The notes under the pieces: model-generated | Told to the model about the DNA's origin: nothing | Seen by the model: the letters and a program-made list of their open reading frames with translations, nothing else | Database searches by the model: none | Part shown: piece by piece, positions 18,536-27,892 of the stretch | How positions within the stretch are numbered: the stretch's first letter is position 1 | Layout of the letters: each line of letters opens with the position of its first letter | Sequence record: SRR31156797_3992 | DNA: 45,621 nt | Direction: 5' to 3' (one strand) | Program-made: the position numbers and the translations under genes

Positions 18536-20149
18536 ATGAAGTATGTAGTAATTTTATTATTGACAATGGGAGGATTGATCAATTCTCAGCTTTATGCACA
18601 AAAGTATTTTATTTCATTTACCGATAAAGGGCATAATTCTTACACAATTGGTTCTCCAAACGATTTCTTATCAGAAAGATCAATTCAAAGAAGAGAAAAA
18701 CAAGGCATCCTGGTTACAGAACAGGATTTGCCAGTCTCTGATTTTTATGTAGACAGTCTTCGTCATTTGGGACTTAAAACAAGTTGGACGTCTAAATGGT
18801 TAAATGGCGTTATTGTTGAAACAAATAATCAAACACTTCTTGATACGATTACAAATATTTCCTTTGTTTTCGGAGTTCGGCATATAAAACCTAACCTTAT
18901 AACAGCTACTTTCAATAAGTTTATTTCAGAAACTTCCGGTGCTAATGGTAATTTAAAAAGTAGTACAGATTATGGTTTTACATGGGATCAGACTCAAACT
19001 GTAAATGGCCAGCATCTGCATCAGAATAATTATGAAGGTCAGGGGATGGTGATTGCCATTTTAGATGCCGGTTTTAACAATGTGAATACTATATCCTGTT
19101 TTCAGAATATTAGAGATGATGGTAGGTTGTTGAGCTATCGAGATATTGTTAATCCTGACAAAGAGCAATACATTGGGGATTCTCATGGAACCCATGTTTT
19201 TTCTATAATTGGAGGGTTTCAACAGGCAACTTTCAAAGGAAGTGCACCGGAAGCGTCGTTTCATTTGGTTGTTACAGAAGATGTAGATTCGGAATATCCA
19301 ATAGAGGAATATAATTGGGTAATTGGAGCGGAATACGCCGATAGTATTGGTGCAGATGTAATAAACTCCTCTTTAGGTTATTATTTGTTTGATGGCGTTT
19401 TTTCTGATTATAGTTATGCAGATATGGATGGAATTTCTACTGTCGTGGTCTTTGGCGCAGAGACGGCTGTAGAAAAAGGTATGATTGTGGTGAATAGTGC
19501 CGGTAATGAAGGTAATAAATCATGGAATAAAATCATTTCTCCAGCGGATGGAGAGCAGGTGCTTGCAGTAGCGGCTATGTCAGCAGATAGTTTAAGAGCT
19601 TCTTTTAGTAGTTTTGGTCCATCCTATGATGGTCGTGTGAAGCCGGATGTGAGTGGGGTTGGATCACTTACTGCATACCAAACGATTAGCGGAATATATG
19701 AAAGGGGCTATGGTACCAGTTACTCAGCTCCCGTTATTACAGGTTTTGTTTCTTGTTTATGGCAGGCAAATCCAACCTTAAAAAATACTGAAATATTGGA
19801 TTTGGTAAAGGAAAGTTGTAATCAGAATGAGAATCCGGATTACTCTTTTGGGTATGGAATTCCTGATTTTAAAAAGGCATTAAGCAGCAGTACACAAATT
19901 AATGCTGAACAGGTAGAAAGAATAAAGGTATTTCCGAATCCATTTTATAATTCTATTCATGTAAAATCGCATGAAATAATTCAGGAATGTAACCTTATTG
20001 GTCTAAATGGTTATTCTTATTATTCAGCAGATATAAAAAATGAGAGTGAAGTGACACTTGAAAACTTGAGCGATCTGCCAGCAGGTGTTTATTTGCTTAG
20101 GTTAAAAACTTCTCATTCTATATCCGTTCAAAAACTAGTGAAAAAATAG
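18536..20149 (+). CDS. S8 (subtilisin-like) serine peptidase with T9SS C-terminal sorting domain
   Basis: Signal peptide; catalytic triad ILDAGF / SHGT / GTSYSAP; oxyanion SAGN; C-terminal VFPNP...GVYLLRL...KLVKK. Confidence 0.92.
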   Translation: MKYVVILLLTMGGLINSQLYAQKYFISFTDKGHNSYTIGSPNDFLSERSIQRREKQGILVTEQDLPVSDFYVDSLRHLGLKTSWTSKWLNGVIVETNNQTLLDTITNISFVFGVRHIKPNLITATFNKFISETSGANGNLKSSTDYGFTWDQTQTVNGQHLHQNNYEGQGMVIAILDAGFNNVNTISCFQNIRDDGRLLSYRDIVNPDKEQYIGDSHGTHVFSIIGGFQQATFKGSAPEASFHLVVTEDVDSEYPIEEYNWVIGAEYADSIGADVINSSLGYYLFDGVFSDYSYADMDGISTVVVFGAETAVEKGMIVVNSAGNEGNKSWNKIISPADGEQVLAVAAMSADSLRASFSSFGPSYDGRVKPDVSGVGSLTAYQTISGIYERGYGTSYSAPVITGFVSCLWQANPTLKNTEILDLVKESCNQNENPDYSFGYGIPDFKKALSSSTQINAEQVERIKVFPNPFYNSIHVKSHEIIQECNLIGLNGYSYYSADIKNESEVTLENLSDLPAGVYLLRLKTSHSISVQKLVKK

Positions 20150-20155
20150 TCGTGT

Positions 20156-20186
20156 AAAAAAAAATGGAGCCCCATAGGAACTCCAT
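20156..20186 (-). terminator. Rho-independent terminator of the CotH/VTC operon
   Basis: Minus strand ATGGAGTTCC-TAT-GGGGCTCCAT followed by a long T run, about 25 nt after the DUF4956-like stop. Confidence 0.85.
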
Positions 20187-20211
20187 CTATATTTAGCTTC
20201 TTGCTTTAATT

Positions 20212-20877
20212 CTAATCATCATCATCCATTAAATCCTTACTGGTAACATTTGAAACTTCAGAATTATAATAATATATAATTACCTGAGCGGTGTCTCTTA
20301 AAAAATTAATTTTACCAACTTCAGCTCTATGTATTGGTAAACCGGTACGTTCACATAAATCAGCCAAAAGTTCATTGTTTTTTTCAGGTTTAATCAGGTC
20401 GATGTTTTCGTAAATAATTAGCTTGCTCGATTCGTGCTTTAATAAGAAGACGCGTTCCAAACCATAAGTAACAGCAATTACAATAAGGTTGGTTAATACT
20501 ATAACGGCCAAACTAACCTGAGTGCTACTTAAGGCATTGATAGCAGAGGTTCCGATGGTGATAAACAGATAAGTCATCTCTTTAATCGGAATTTGCAAAG
20601 TTCGGTATCTGATAATACCAAAGATGGCAAATAGTCCTAATGCGAAACCTAATTGCAGTTTAACACTTCCTAAAAGAAAGCATAGTAAAAATACGATAGT
20701 ACTTATCAGTAAAAAAGTAAATAAGTAGTCTTTTCTTTTTGCGGTTTGATAGTATAAAACCCGCACTAAAACAAGAGATACAAGTAAGTTAAAAGTAAAG
20801 CGTATTAGTAAGTCAAAAAAGTTGTTCCATTCAACAATGCTGACGTCAAATATTTTCATTCCCAGTAATAATTCCAT
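20212..20877 (-). CDS. DUF4956-like inner-membrane protein
   Basis: About 4-5 hydrophobic segments; LGFALGLFAIFGIIRYRT...IKEMTYLF motif; soluble C-terminal domain (DLCERTGL...GKINFLRD). Confidence 0.85.
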   Translation of the reverse strand: MELLLGMKIFDVSIVEWNNFFDLLIRFTFNLLVSLVLVRVLYYQTAKRKDYLFTFLLISTIVFLLCFLLGSVKLQLGFALGLFAIFGIIRYRTLQIPIKEMTYLFITIGTSAINALSSTQVSLAVIVLTNLIVIAVTYGLERVFLLKHESSKLIIYENIDLIKPEKNNELLADLCERTGLPIHRAEVGKINFLRDTAQVIIYYYNSEVSNVTSKDLMDDDD

Positions 20878-20884
20878 AGATAGT

Positions 20885-21646
20885 TTAATTTTCGAATTCT
20901 GCTTTTATTTTTTTTATAAGGTTAAACTTTTGTTTTAACATGTTTGATTTCACTTCTTTATTGATGGATGCTGTACCCATGCAATACTTACTGAATGATT
21001 GAGAGCGAATCTTATTTTCTTTAAGTACTTTTTGAACGGTTGATCCCAATGTAAATTTCTCCTGCTTAAGTTCCAGAATGAAAATCTCTGGAAACGAAAT
21101 TGAAATATCATCTTCCGGATCTTTAAATGCTAAGTCAAAATCAATAGTAACCCTTTCCGTTTTACCCACCAGAGTTATTCTTTTAAAGTGATTAAATAGT
21201 TTTGATTCCAGATCTTGCCCTTCGAAAGGGGAGTGGTTTTGCAGGAAATCGTGTTCGTGATCTGTAAAAGAGAATTCTTCATTGTCTCTTTTTATCCTGT
21301 TTTTAATGGTTCTTCCTTTGTTGGTTTTGAATTTAACTTCTAGGTATTGCTGTTTCACATGAACATACTCGCGTTTACGAACTTTGTACCTGTTTAACTT
21401 CCCATTTTGATGATCTTCATACATTCTGAACTCTTTGGTATCGAAGTATTCTGTTTTGTAGGGAAAAACTCTGCAATTATCGATTTCAAGAATTTTGTAT
21501 TCATCAACTAATTCATTTAATACCAATGAAAGATTATCCGATGAACCAATGAATTTGGTGTCAATTCTGTTCATTAGACTAACATGCTCCATATCGATGA
21601 GCGAGATAGCTTGAAATTTTTCTACAGTATTGTGTACATCCAACAT
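20885..21646 (-). CDS. VTC-domain (polyphosphate polymerase-like, triphosphate tunnel metalloenzyme) protein
   Basis: LMNRIDTKF, Y.T.YFDT, NGKLNRYKVRKREY, YLEVKFK, RITL...ERVTIDFDL, ILELK and FSKYCMG motifs; no signal peptide or TM segment. Confidence 0.88.
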   Translation of the reverse strand: MLDVHNTVEKFQAISLIDMEHVSLMNRIDTKFIGSSDNLSLVLNELVDEYKILEIDNCRVFPYKTEYFDTKEFRMYEDHQNGKLNRYKVRKREYVHVKQQYLEVKFKTNKGRTIKNRIKRDNEEFSFTDHEHDFLQNHSPFEGQDLESKLFNHFKRITLVGKTERVTIDFDLAFKDPEDDISISFPEIFILELKQEKFTLGSTVQKVLKENKIRSQSFSKYCMGTASINKEVKSNMLKQKFNLIKKIKAEFEN

Positions 21647-21674
21647 AATATCATGGTTTTACGATAAAAGTGTA

Positions 21675-22385
21675 TTAAGATTTTTTCTTAGCTCTAAACT
21701 TTAACAGTTTGGGTTCCCATTCAATATTAAAATACAGAATATTTACCTTGTCAGGCTTAGCTACATTAAATTCATCTTGTCTTTTAAAGGACAAAGAGGC
21801 ATTTACTCTTTTTGATACTTTCTTTTCCAGTGATATAAAATATCGGTTTTTATACTCACCAACATCTTCAGCCGGAGCTAAGCAAAAGAAGTATTCAATT
21901 CCCATAGATGGTTCAACAAACCATTTTTTGTTTTTGTATTTAAGGCTAACCTTGTGTCTGTGTTCCCAGTATTGAATATGTCCATCCGCTGAAGAATGAA
22001 TGTTTGCTTGTTCTTTCTGAATTTGCGAACGATAGCTCCATCTAAGTCGATTGGTTTTAAAACCAAATTTGGTATATAAAGCCAGCCTATGAACGCGTTC
22101 GTTCATTCGAGGATCGTCGTATTCAACCTGGTATCGATAAGCTCCACCTACATCAAGCCATTTGCTAATGGGAGCAGAGATGTTCAGTTCTGTCTGCCAG
22201 CTGCTCAACTGTCGTGAGTTATCGAATAACCTTATTTGAGGTTCAATCGAAAAATCAACTTTTTTATAAAGATTCCCCTTAAAAGATACGTTGTACCAGG
22301 TGTTGAAATCTTCTTGTTGAGCAATTGCAATAGTTGAACAAACCGCTAGTATGATTAGTGCTAAAGAGCGTTTATTCATTTTCAT
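21675..22385 (-). CDS. DUF2490-like outer-membrane beta-barrel protein
   Basis: Signal peptide (…IAIAQ); alternating amphipathic strands rich in W/Y/F/R; typical companion of DUF4956/VTC. Confidence 0.7.
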   Translation of the reverse strand: MKMNKRSLALIILAVCSTIAIAQQEDFNTWYNVSFKGNLYKKVDFSIEPQIRLFDNSRQLSSWQTELNISAPISKWLDVGGAYRYQVEYDDPRMNERVHRLALYTKFGFKTNRLRWSYRSQIQKEQANIHSSADGHIQYWEHRHKVSLKYKNKKWFVEPSMGIEYFFCLAPAEDVGEYKNRYFISLEKKVSKRVNASLSFKRQDEFNVAKPDKVNILYFNIEWEPKLLKFRAKKKS

Positions 22386-22790
22386 CTATTTTACAACAAA
22401 TAATGTATCTACAGTTATTGTTTGTTTGCGTGATTTAATAGCAACCTTTCGCATAACTGTATCAAGTTCAGAAGTTATGTTGTAGTCATATTCTTTATTT
22501 TTAGAATAGGCATAAATGGTGTAATCTCCTTCTTGTAAATAATTAAATTCGAAATAACCATTGTATCCGGTTTCTATTTTATCGCTATGATATTCATCAT
22601 CGCCATAAATAATGAAAACATCATAATCCTGCGCAGGATAGTCACCTCGATGAATAGTAAAATCGAAGTTGTAATCCTGAATAATTACTGTGCCGCGAAT
22701 AGTGCCCATTCCTCCTTCACCAGCTTCTTTTTCGCAAGCTCCCAATACAATGGTTAGGGCTATAATAATTAGAAATGCAATTTTCTTCAT
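22386..22790 (-). CDS. Hypothetical lipoprotein (small beta-sandwich, carboxypeptidase-regulatory-like)
   Basis: Lipobox LGAC (Cys19) after a hydrophobic stretch; GTIRGTV and G.FEF..L..G.Y.IYAYS patterns. Confidence 0.75.
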   Translation of the reverse strand: MKKIAFLIIIALTIVLGACEKEAGEGGMGTIRGTVIIQDYNFDFTIHRGDYPAQDYDVFIIYGDDEYHSDKIETGYNGYFEFNYLQEGDYTIYAYSKNKEYDYNITSELDTVMRKVAIKSRKQTITVDTLFVVK

Positions 22791-22813
22791 GTGTATTTTA
22801 TATAATATTTTTC

Positions 22814-25800
22814 TTATTTAAAAAGCACTTTTGTGGTTTTAATTCCTTGAGTGTTCATTAATCTTATCATGTAAATACCTTTAAGGTCTTGATGAACTTC
22901 GCTTTTGTTAAATGTAACACGATGCTCTCCACTAAAGAAATAATCATCTGCAATCGTTTTTACTATTGCTCCATTAATGCCAATTAAGTCAATCCTGTAA
23001 TTGTCCGAATTTTCTACATTAAAGGTAATGTTTAGCGTATTTTCAACCGGATTAGGATAACATTGTAGACTTGTATTAAAGCTTTCACCAATTGGTGTAA
23101 TGCTGTTTGGTATTTGTTCCGCATTTTCTTCTCCAGGAGTACCGCCCCTAAATGAGGCAAACCAATTATTCCCGTTTTCGTTGGCAGTATATTGATCCGT
23201 TAAAGAGCATGAGGCACCTAAACCGTTTGCCTCAGCTGGCCAACTACCTGAAGGGTAATAATCAACAGCATCAACAATGGAATTGTCGCTATTAAATAAT
23301 CTTAAAGCATCTCCCGAACTGCTTAGTCCGAAGATAAAATCACCCATTACATTTTTAACCCAAGGGTAAGTAGTTTTAAATTTTTTGATGTCTTTACAGA
23401 TTACAACATATTCGTCCGGACCTAACAAGTACGAAGAAGGTATTACATACGCAGAATCTTTATTAGAATCTCTGAAAACCCAATCTTTAAGATCAATGGT
23501 TGTTTCTCCATAATTATATAATTCAACCCAATCGCCAGGTTTTATATTGTCTGAGCTTTTATAAAAAATTTCATTAATGGCAACCTTATTTTCTTCTCCA
23601 GCAATTGCTTCAAAAACTGCCGTATGCGACATATTTTGACTAATGTCATAGCTTATGTTTTTATTGGTCGAAGTGGAACTACCTGACCATCTTACGAAAC
23701 GATATCCTGGTTTTGGGATCGCGGTAAGTTCCATCGGAACCTGATTAAAATAAGTGCCGGTTGATGGATAATCTTCAGGATGAAGGGTGTTCATTTTTAT
23801 AGTTCCACTGTTTGCCGGCGATACGTTTAATGTAACTGTTCTACTGCCGCTAAATCCCATTTCTGAACCAAGGAAAGAGCGATAATAAGTTGGACGGTTA
23901 TTAGCAAAAGTCTTCATTCTGGCTGGCTGATTACTCCAATTCGTGTAATCTAAATCCCATCTATCGCAATGTGCAACCATCTCAGTTGTATACAAGGCTG
24001 TAAAATCATCAATAATAGTATTGATTGAATCGGGCTGCCAATGCGTATTCAGATAATCACATCCTCTTTGAACAAACTTCTTTTTAAATTCCGTATTTTC
24101 CATTAGGCTTCGGAATAATAAGGTTGCCCATTCTTCATTATGCAATCCTGTCAATGTTTCAGAAGATGCATAAGCAATGGTGTTGTTGGTATAGTTTTGA
24201 TTTCCATATAAATTAAAACCAAAATCAGTGTCAAAAAGCACCCATCGATATTTACTGGCATCGTTAGTTGTATTCCAGAATTTGTTATTATTTCCAGGCC
24301 AATCTGTGTTATCAACGTAAGTTTGAATCAGATAGTAGTCGATAAAATTTTCTATGTCGATAACACTACATACATATTCATAATTGTCGTCGGACTGTAA
24401 GGAATTAGTTTGGACAAAATTAAGCATCTCAACATACTTGGTACCTTCTCCATTTTCAATGACACCATTGGTTTCGTAGGTTGATTCCAACATGCGTACC
24501 TCGTCAGCGTCTATGTGCGTATTGTCTGATACGAAATGCTCATTTATTTTTTCGCGCATATTTAAGATACCCCAATATTGGCCGTTGATATAAACAGCAG
24601 TCGGCTGAATTCCTTGGTATTCAACCCCTATTTCACTCATTGCTGTTGTCATCATACCATCTCTAAAGTGAGCGTAGTAGAAATCATTACCTGCATTTCG
24701 AAGTACTATTGCTTCAAACTTATCATTGTCTTTGCTATCAAAGAATTTATAGCTAAAGGATCCGTCACCATATTCTTTTCTGGCAAACAGAGCTAAGGAT
24801 TTTTGAGGATGAGCACGCGACCATGCACCGTAAATTTTAACTCCGGCTCCCTGATCAATTTGTTTTACACCATTCTCATCATAATATTCAAAATGAACCG
24901 GTTTTTCCCAATCCTGCCAAAAGTTGGCTCCGTAATATGGATTAGATGACGAAGCATTTGGCCCTAACTCGTAAATTCCCGTATAATAATCAAATAAGTT
25001 TTCCGGATTTGTAGAAAGACTTACTATTGGAAATGAATGGTTAAGAGATAATACGTATGTTTCTGTACCTACTGGGCCAGGTAACTGTCCGTCATTAATT
25101 ACTCTGGCACGAATAACTATATCTGAGGTAAATGCAATTGCTCCTGTATAAAGGGTGCTGCTTGTAGTTGGAACAGAACCATCTGTTGTATAGTAAATAC
25201 TTCCTTCGGTATTGTTTTTTGTGGATAATTGAACCGACATACTACTGGTTCTAAGATTACCTCCAGGAACTGAAAAAACAACAGTATCTGTTAATCCTGA
25301 TGTAATGCCATTGTTACCATTAGATAAGAATGGCGTTGGTGTTTCAAAGTAATACCAATCGTCGCCGCCATCCGGCTGACGTCCGTATGAAACATCTGCA
25401 GGAACATTGGTAGCGCCCACTGAATCAACAAACACTTTATTATTAAATAAGTAAAGAGCTTCTCCCTCTGCTTTTATTTTAAAATTGGTATGAAGGTATG
25501 ATTCTGGGACTGTAATGTGTTCGGAAATAGAGTTTGTTCCGCTGGATTTTAACCCAAGAGTTAAAATAGGGATGCAGGATAAATCCGATGATGTAGTTGA
25601 ATGATTATGAACCTCAACAGCAAAAACATTAGTTCCTTGCACTAAAATATCTTCCCAACCATATACTTTAAATTCATCAGGTGTGAGACCTTGGTATATT
25701 TTTGCTTCATGATCATAAGCATCAGCTGCAGCATCAAAAGCAATTGCTGTACCTGGCGTTCCAAGACGGTCTCTGGCAATTTCAACGCCATTGATGTAAG

Positions 25801-26374
25801 CAGCAAATCCATCGTCGTAATCCATATGAAATATGAGTTGCGTTACGTCACTGATATTTGCTATGTTGAATTCTTTTCTGGCATAAACACTCATAACAGT
25901 ACCTGTTTCTGTCGCATCGTCGCTATCGCCAAAACCAAATCCGGAAGCACCACTGGACCAACTTGAAGCATCAAAACCAGTGTTTTTCCATGTATCTCCA
26001 ATATCGCTTCCCGGAACTAAATAATTCATTGTTGTACCTTGATCTATAATAGAGTTCCAGGTGTTTGTGATAGAGGTTTTGTCTTTCCCGGAAGCAAATA
26101 CAACTTGATATTCTCCGGGAGCTATTTGTAGGGCAGGAAATGCCCATTTAGTAGTGTCGTCAATATTGTCTGTTAATGTATATTGACCCAGGCTGATAGT
26201 TTGGTCAGAGGTATTTAATATCTCAATCCAATCAGGAAATTCTCCATCTTCATCTGATAATTGAGTAATATTGGAAGAAACAAATTCGTTAATTTTGATT
26301 TGAGCTCTAACTGGCAAAAATCCAAGAATAAGGATTCCTACAAGCAGATACCGAAGGTGTTTAATAGATTTCAT
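22814..26374 (-). CDS. CotH kinase family protein with lamin-tail domains and T9SS sorting domain
   Basis: Signal peptide; two LTD-like segments (IKINEF...DWIEILN; VAINEI...DWVELYN); IYYTTDGSVPT module; CotH core (KIYGAWSR, QKSLAL, YINGQYWGIL..REK, DWPGNN, W...DTDFGF); CTD CYPNP...GIYMIRL...KVLFK. Confidence 0.9.
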   Translation of the reverse strand: MKSIKHLRYLLVGILILGFLPVRAQIKINEFVSSNITQLSDEDGEFPDWIEILNTSDQTISLGQYTLTDNIDDTTKWAFPALQIAPGEYQVVFASGKDKTSITNTWNSIIDQGTTMNYLVPGSDIGDTWKNTGFDASSWSSGASGFGFGDSDDATETGTVMSVYARKEFNIANISDVTQLIFHMDYDDGFAAYINGVEIARDRLGTPGTAIAFDAAADAYDHEAKIYQGLTPDEFKVYGWEDILVQGTNVFAVEVHNHSTTSSDLSCIPILTLGLKSSGTNSISEHITVPESYLHTNFKIKAEGEALYLFNNKVFVDSVGATNVPADVSYGRQPDGGDDWYYFETPTPFLSNGNNGITSGLTDTVVFSVPGGNLRTSSMSVQLSTKNNTEGSIYYTTDGSVPTTSSTLYTGAIAFTSDIVIRARVINDGQLPGPVGTETYVLSLNHSFPIVSLSTNPENLFDYYTGIYELGPNASSSNPYYGANFWQDWEKPVHFEYYDENGVKQIDQGAGVKIYGAWSRAHPQKSLALFARKEYGDGSFSYKFFDSKDNDKFEAIVLRNAGNDFYYAHFRDGMMTTAMSEIGVEYQGIQPTAVYINGQYWGILNMREKINEHFVSDNTHIDADEVRMLESTYETNGVIENGEGTKYVEMLNFVQTNSLQSDDNYEYVCSVIDIENFIDYYLIQTYVDNTDWPGNNNKFWNTTNDASKYRWVLFDTDFGFNLYGNQNYTNNTIAYASSETLTGLHNEEWATLLFRSLMENTEFKKKFVQRGCDYLNTHWQPDSINTIIDDFTALYTTEMVAHCDRWDLDYTNWSNQPARMKTFANNRPTYYRSFLGSEMGFSGSRTVTLNVSPANSGTIKMNTLHPEDYPSTGTYFNQVPMELTAIPKPGYRFVRWSGSSTSTNKNISYDISQNMSHTAVFEAIAGEENKVAINEIFYKSSDNIKPGDWVELYNYGETTIDLKDWVFRDSNKDSAYVIPSSYLLGPDEYVVICKDIKKFKTTYPWVKNVMGDFIFGLSSSGDALRLFNSDNSIVDAVDYYPSGSWPAEANGLGASCSLTDQYTANENGNNWFASFRGGTPGEENAEQIPNSITPIGESFNTSLQCYPNPVENTLNITFNVENSDNYRIDLIGINGAIVKTIADDYFFSGEHRVTFNKSEVHQDLKGIYMIRLMNTQGIKTTKVLFK

Positions 26375-26470
26375 AAAGCAAATTTTCCTGATAATTCAAA
26401 TAACAAAGTCCCCGTGTAATATCTCAATTCAACTAAATTTGAGTCTATTGAGATGTAAAAAAACATCCTG

Positions 26471-26478
26471 CAAAATTA
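26471..26478 (-). promoter_or_regulatory. Putative -7 promoter element for the CotH/VTC operon
   Basis: Minus strand TAATTTTG lies about 97 nt upstream of the cotH ATG. Confidence 0.4.
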
Positions 26479-26875
26479 TAAAATATAAATACAAATTCAC
26501 ATCATTTAACAAGGTAAAGCATATGTTTTCATGCAAAAGTTTATGTCATTTTGAGCGTTTTTGCGCATTTTGCCAACCCAATTATGTGTGTGATTATTTA
26601 ATAAGATTACTAAAATATAGTCTCTTAGTTAAGGAGAGTTGGTTGTAGGTTTTCTTAACGCGTTTAAATACACACTTAATTTTAAGCCATATTTGTTGCT
26701 ATTTAGTTATGATGTGTTTTTATATATTTTAACAAATAGCATTTTTACAAAAGAACCAAATATTAAAGTTCTTTTGCATCACAAATTCGTTAAAAGTTAT
26801 CAATAAATCGTCGGGAAGATTAAAAAAATCAAACTCATATTGAATGATTTGACGTCATGTTTAATGTAAAAGACT

Positions 26876-27754
26876 TTAATTAGTAATATTTCCAGCGTAC
26901 TTTATACGATATTGATTTGGAGTTAGTTTTTTTATGTTTTTGAACTGGCGATTAAAATAGGAAAGACTATTATAACCACAATCCATAGCGATACTTCCAA
27001 AAGCTTCATTTGAATTAGCTATCATATGACAGGCGTATTCAATCCGCAAGTTATTTAAAAAATGACTAAAAGACTTTCCGGTTCTTTTCTTAAAATATCT
27101 ACAAAAAGAATTTGTAGTCATGTTGGCCATTTGTGCCACTTCTTCTAATGTAATCTCATTGGCAAAATTCAGAGATAAATGCTGAAAAATAACATTTATT
27201 CTTTCATGGTCTGTTTCTTTTGATGGCTGAATAAATGGGGTTGTACTAAGGAGTTGAATGTTTTCGATGCAGGATAAATAGTGGAATAAGTTTATAATAT
27301 GCAAAAAGCGTTCGAAATCTTTTATTTTAAAAGCTCGCAATATTTGATTACTTATTTTCTCACTTTCTTTTTGAGGAAAGAAGATTCCATACTGGGATGA
27401 TTCTAAAAGACGGTGAATAGAAACCAATTCAGGTAAATCCAGAAATTGCTTTCCCAGTGTTTCGTCATTTAAAAATATAGATACGCAGTGACTTTCCAGT
27501 TTTGCCCCTTCATTATAGTATTCCTGATCAGAGCGAAAGACATGAGGAACATTTTTTCCGATTAAAAAAACATCTCCAGGTTTATACCTCTCAACTGAAT
27601 TACCTATAAAACAGGTGCCTTCACCTTTTAATACTAAGGTAAGTTGGTATTCCGGGTGATAATGTATGGAATCATAAAAATAAACAGAATGGTCTTCTTG
27701 AAGCCTAAATGTAGCTTCTGAAGTTTTAGGGATAATGAATCTAACGGCCTTCAT
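26876..27754 (-). CDS. AraC-family transcriptional regulator (probable regulator of the hydroxyproline cluster)
   Basis: N-terminal cupin (HYHPEYQL...PHVF) and C-terminal double HTH (FCRYFKKRTGKSF...CGYNSLSYFNRQFK...TP..YR); divergent from the cluster. ATG 27754 preferred. Confidence 0.92.
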   Translation of the reverse strand: MKAVRFIIPKTSEATFRLQEDHSVYFYDSIHYHPEYQLTLVLKGEGTCFIGNSVERYKPGDVFLIGKNVPHVFRSDQEYYNEGAKLESHCVSIFLNDETLGKQFLDLPELVSIHRLLESSQYGIFFPQKESEKISNQILRAFKIKDFERFLHIINLFHYLSCIENIQLLSTTPFIQPSKETDHERINVIFQHLSLNFANEITLEEVAQMANMTTNSFCRYFKKRTGKSFSHFLNNLRIEYACHMIANSNEAFGSIAMDCGYNSLSYFNRQFKNIKKLTPNQYRIKYAGNITN

Positions 27755-27854
27755 ATTGTCTAAATTAACTCTTTTTAACTGCATAAACATTATAAAGGGT
27801 AATATAGTTCAAACGTTGGTTAAATTAGCACTAAAAAGAGAATAAAAGGTCTTT

Positions 27855-27862
27855 TATGTTTG
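27855..27862 (+). promoter_or_regulatory. Putative -7 promoter element for the hydroxyproline cluster
   Basis: TATGTTTG lies about 31 nt upstream of ATG 27893. Confidence 0.5.
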
Positions 27863-27892
27863 TAATATCAATAATCATTAAAACGAAAGCAT

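Noticed and set aside
22814-26374. Sporulation locus inferred from CotH
   Set aside because: The T9SS CTD and Gram-negative envelope partners, with no other spore genes, indicate a non-spore role.
26439-26648. 69-aa intergenic ORF
   Set aside because: TTG start, atypical Cys/Lys/Phe-rich composition, overlap with the likely promoter of the CotH operon, and no motif.
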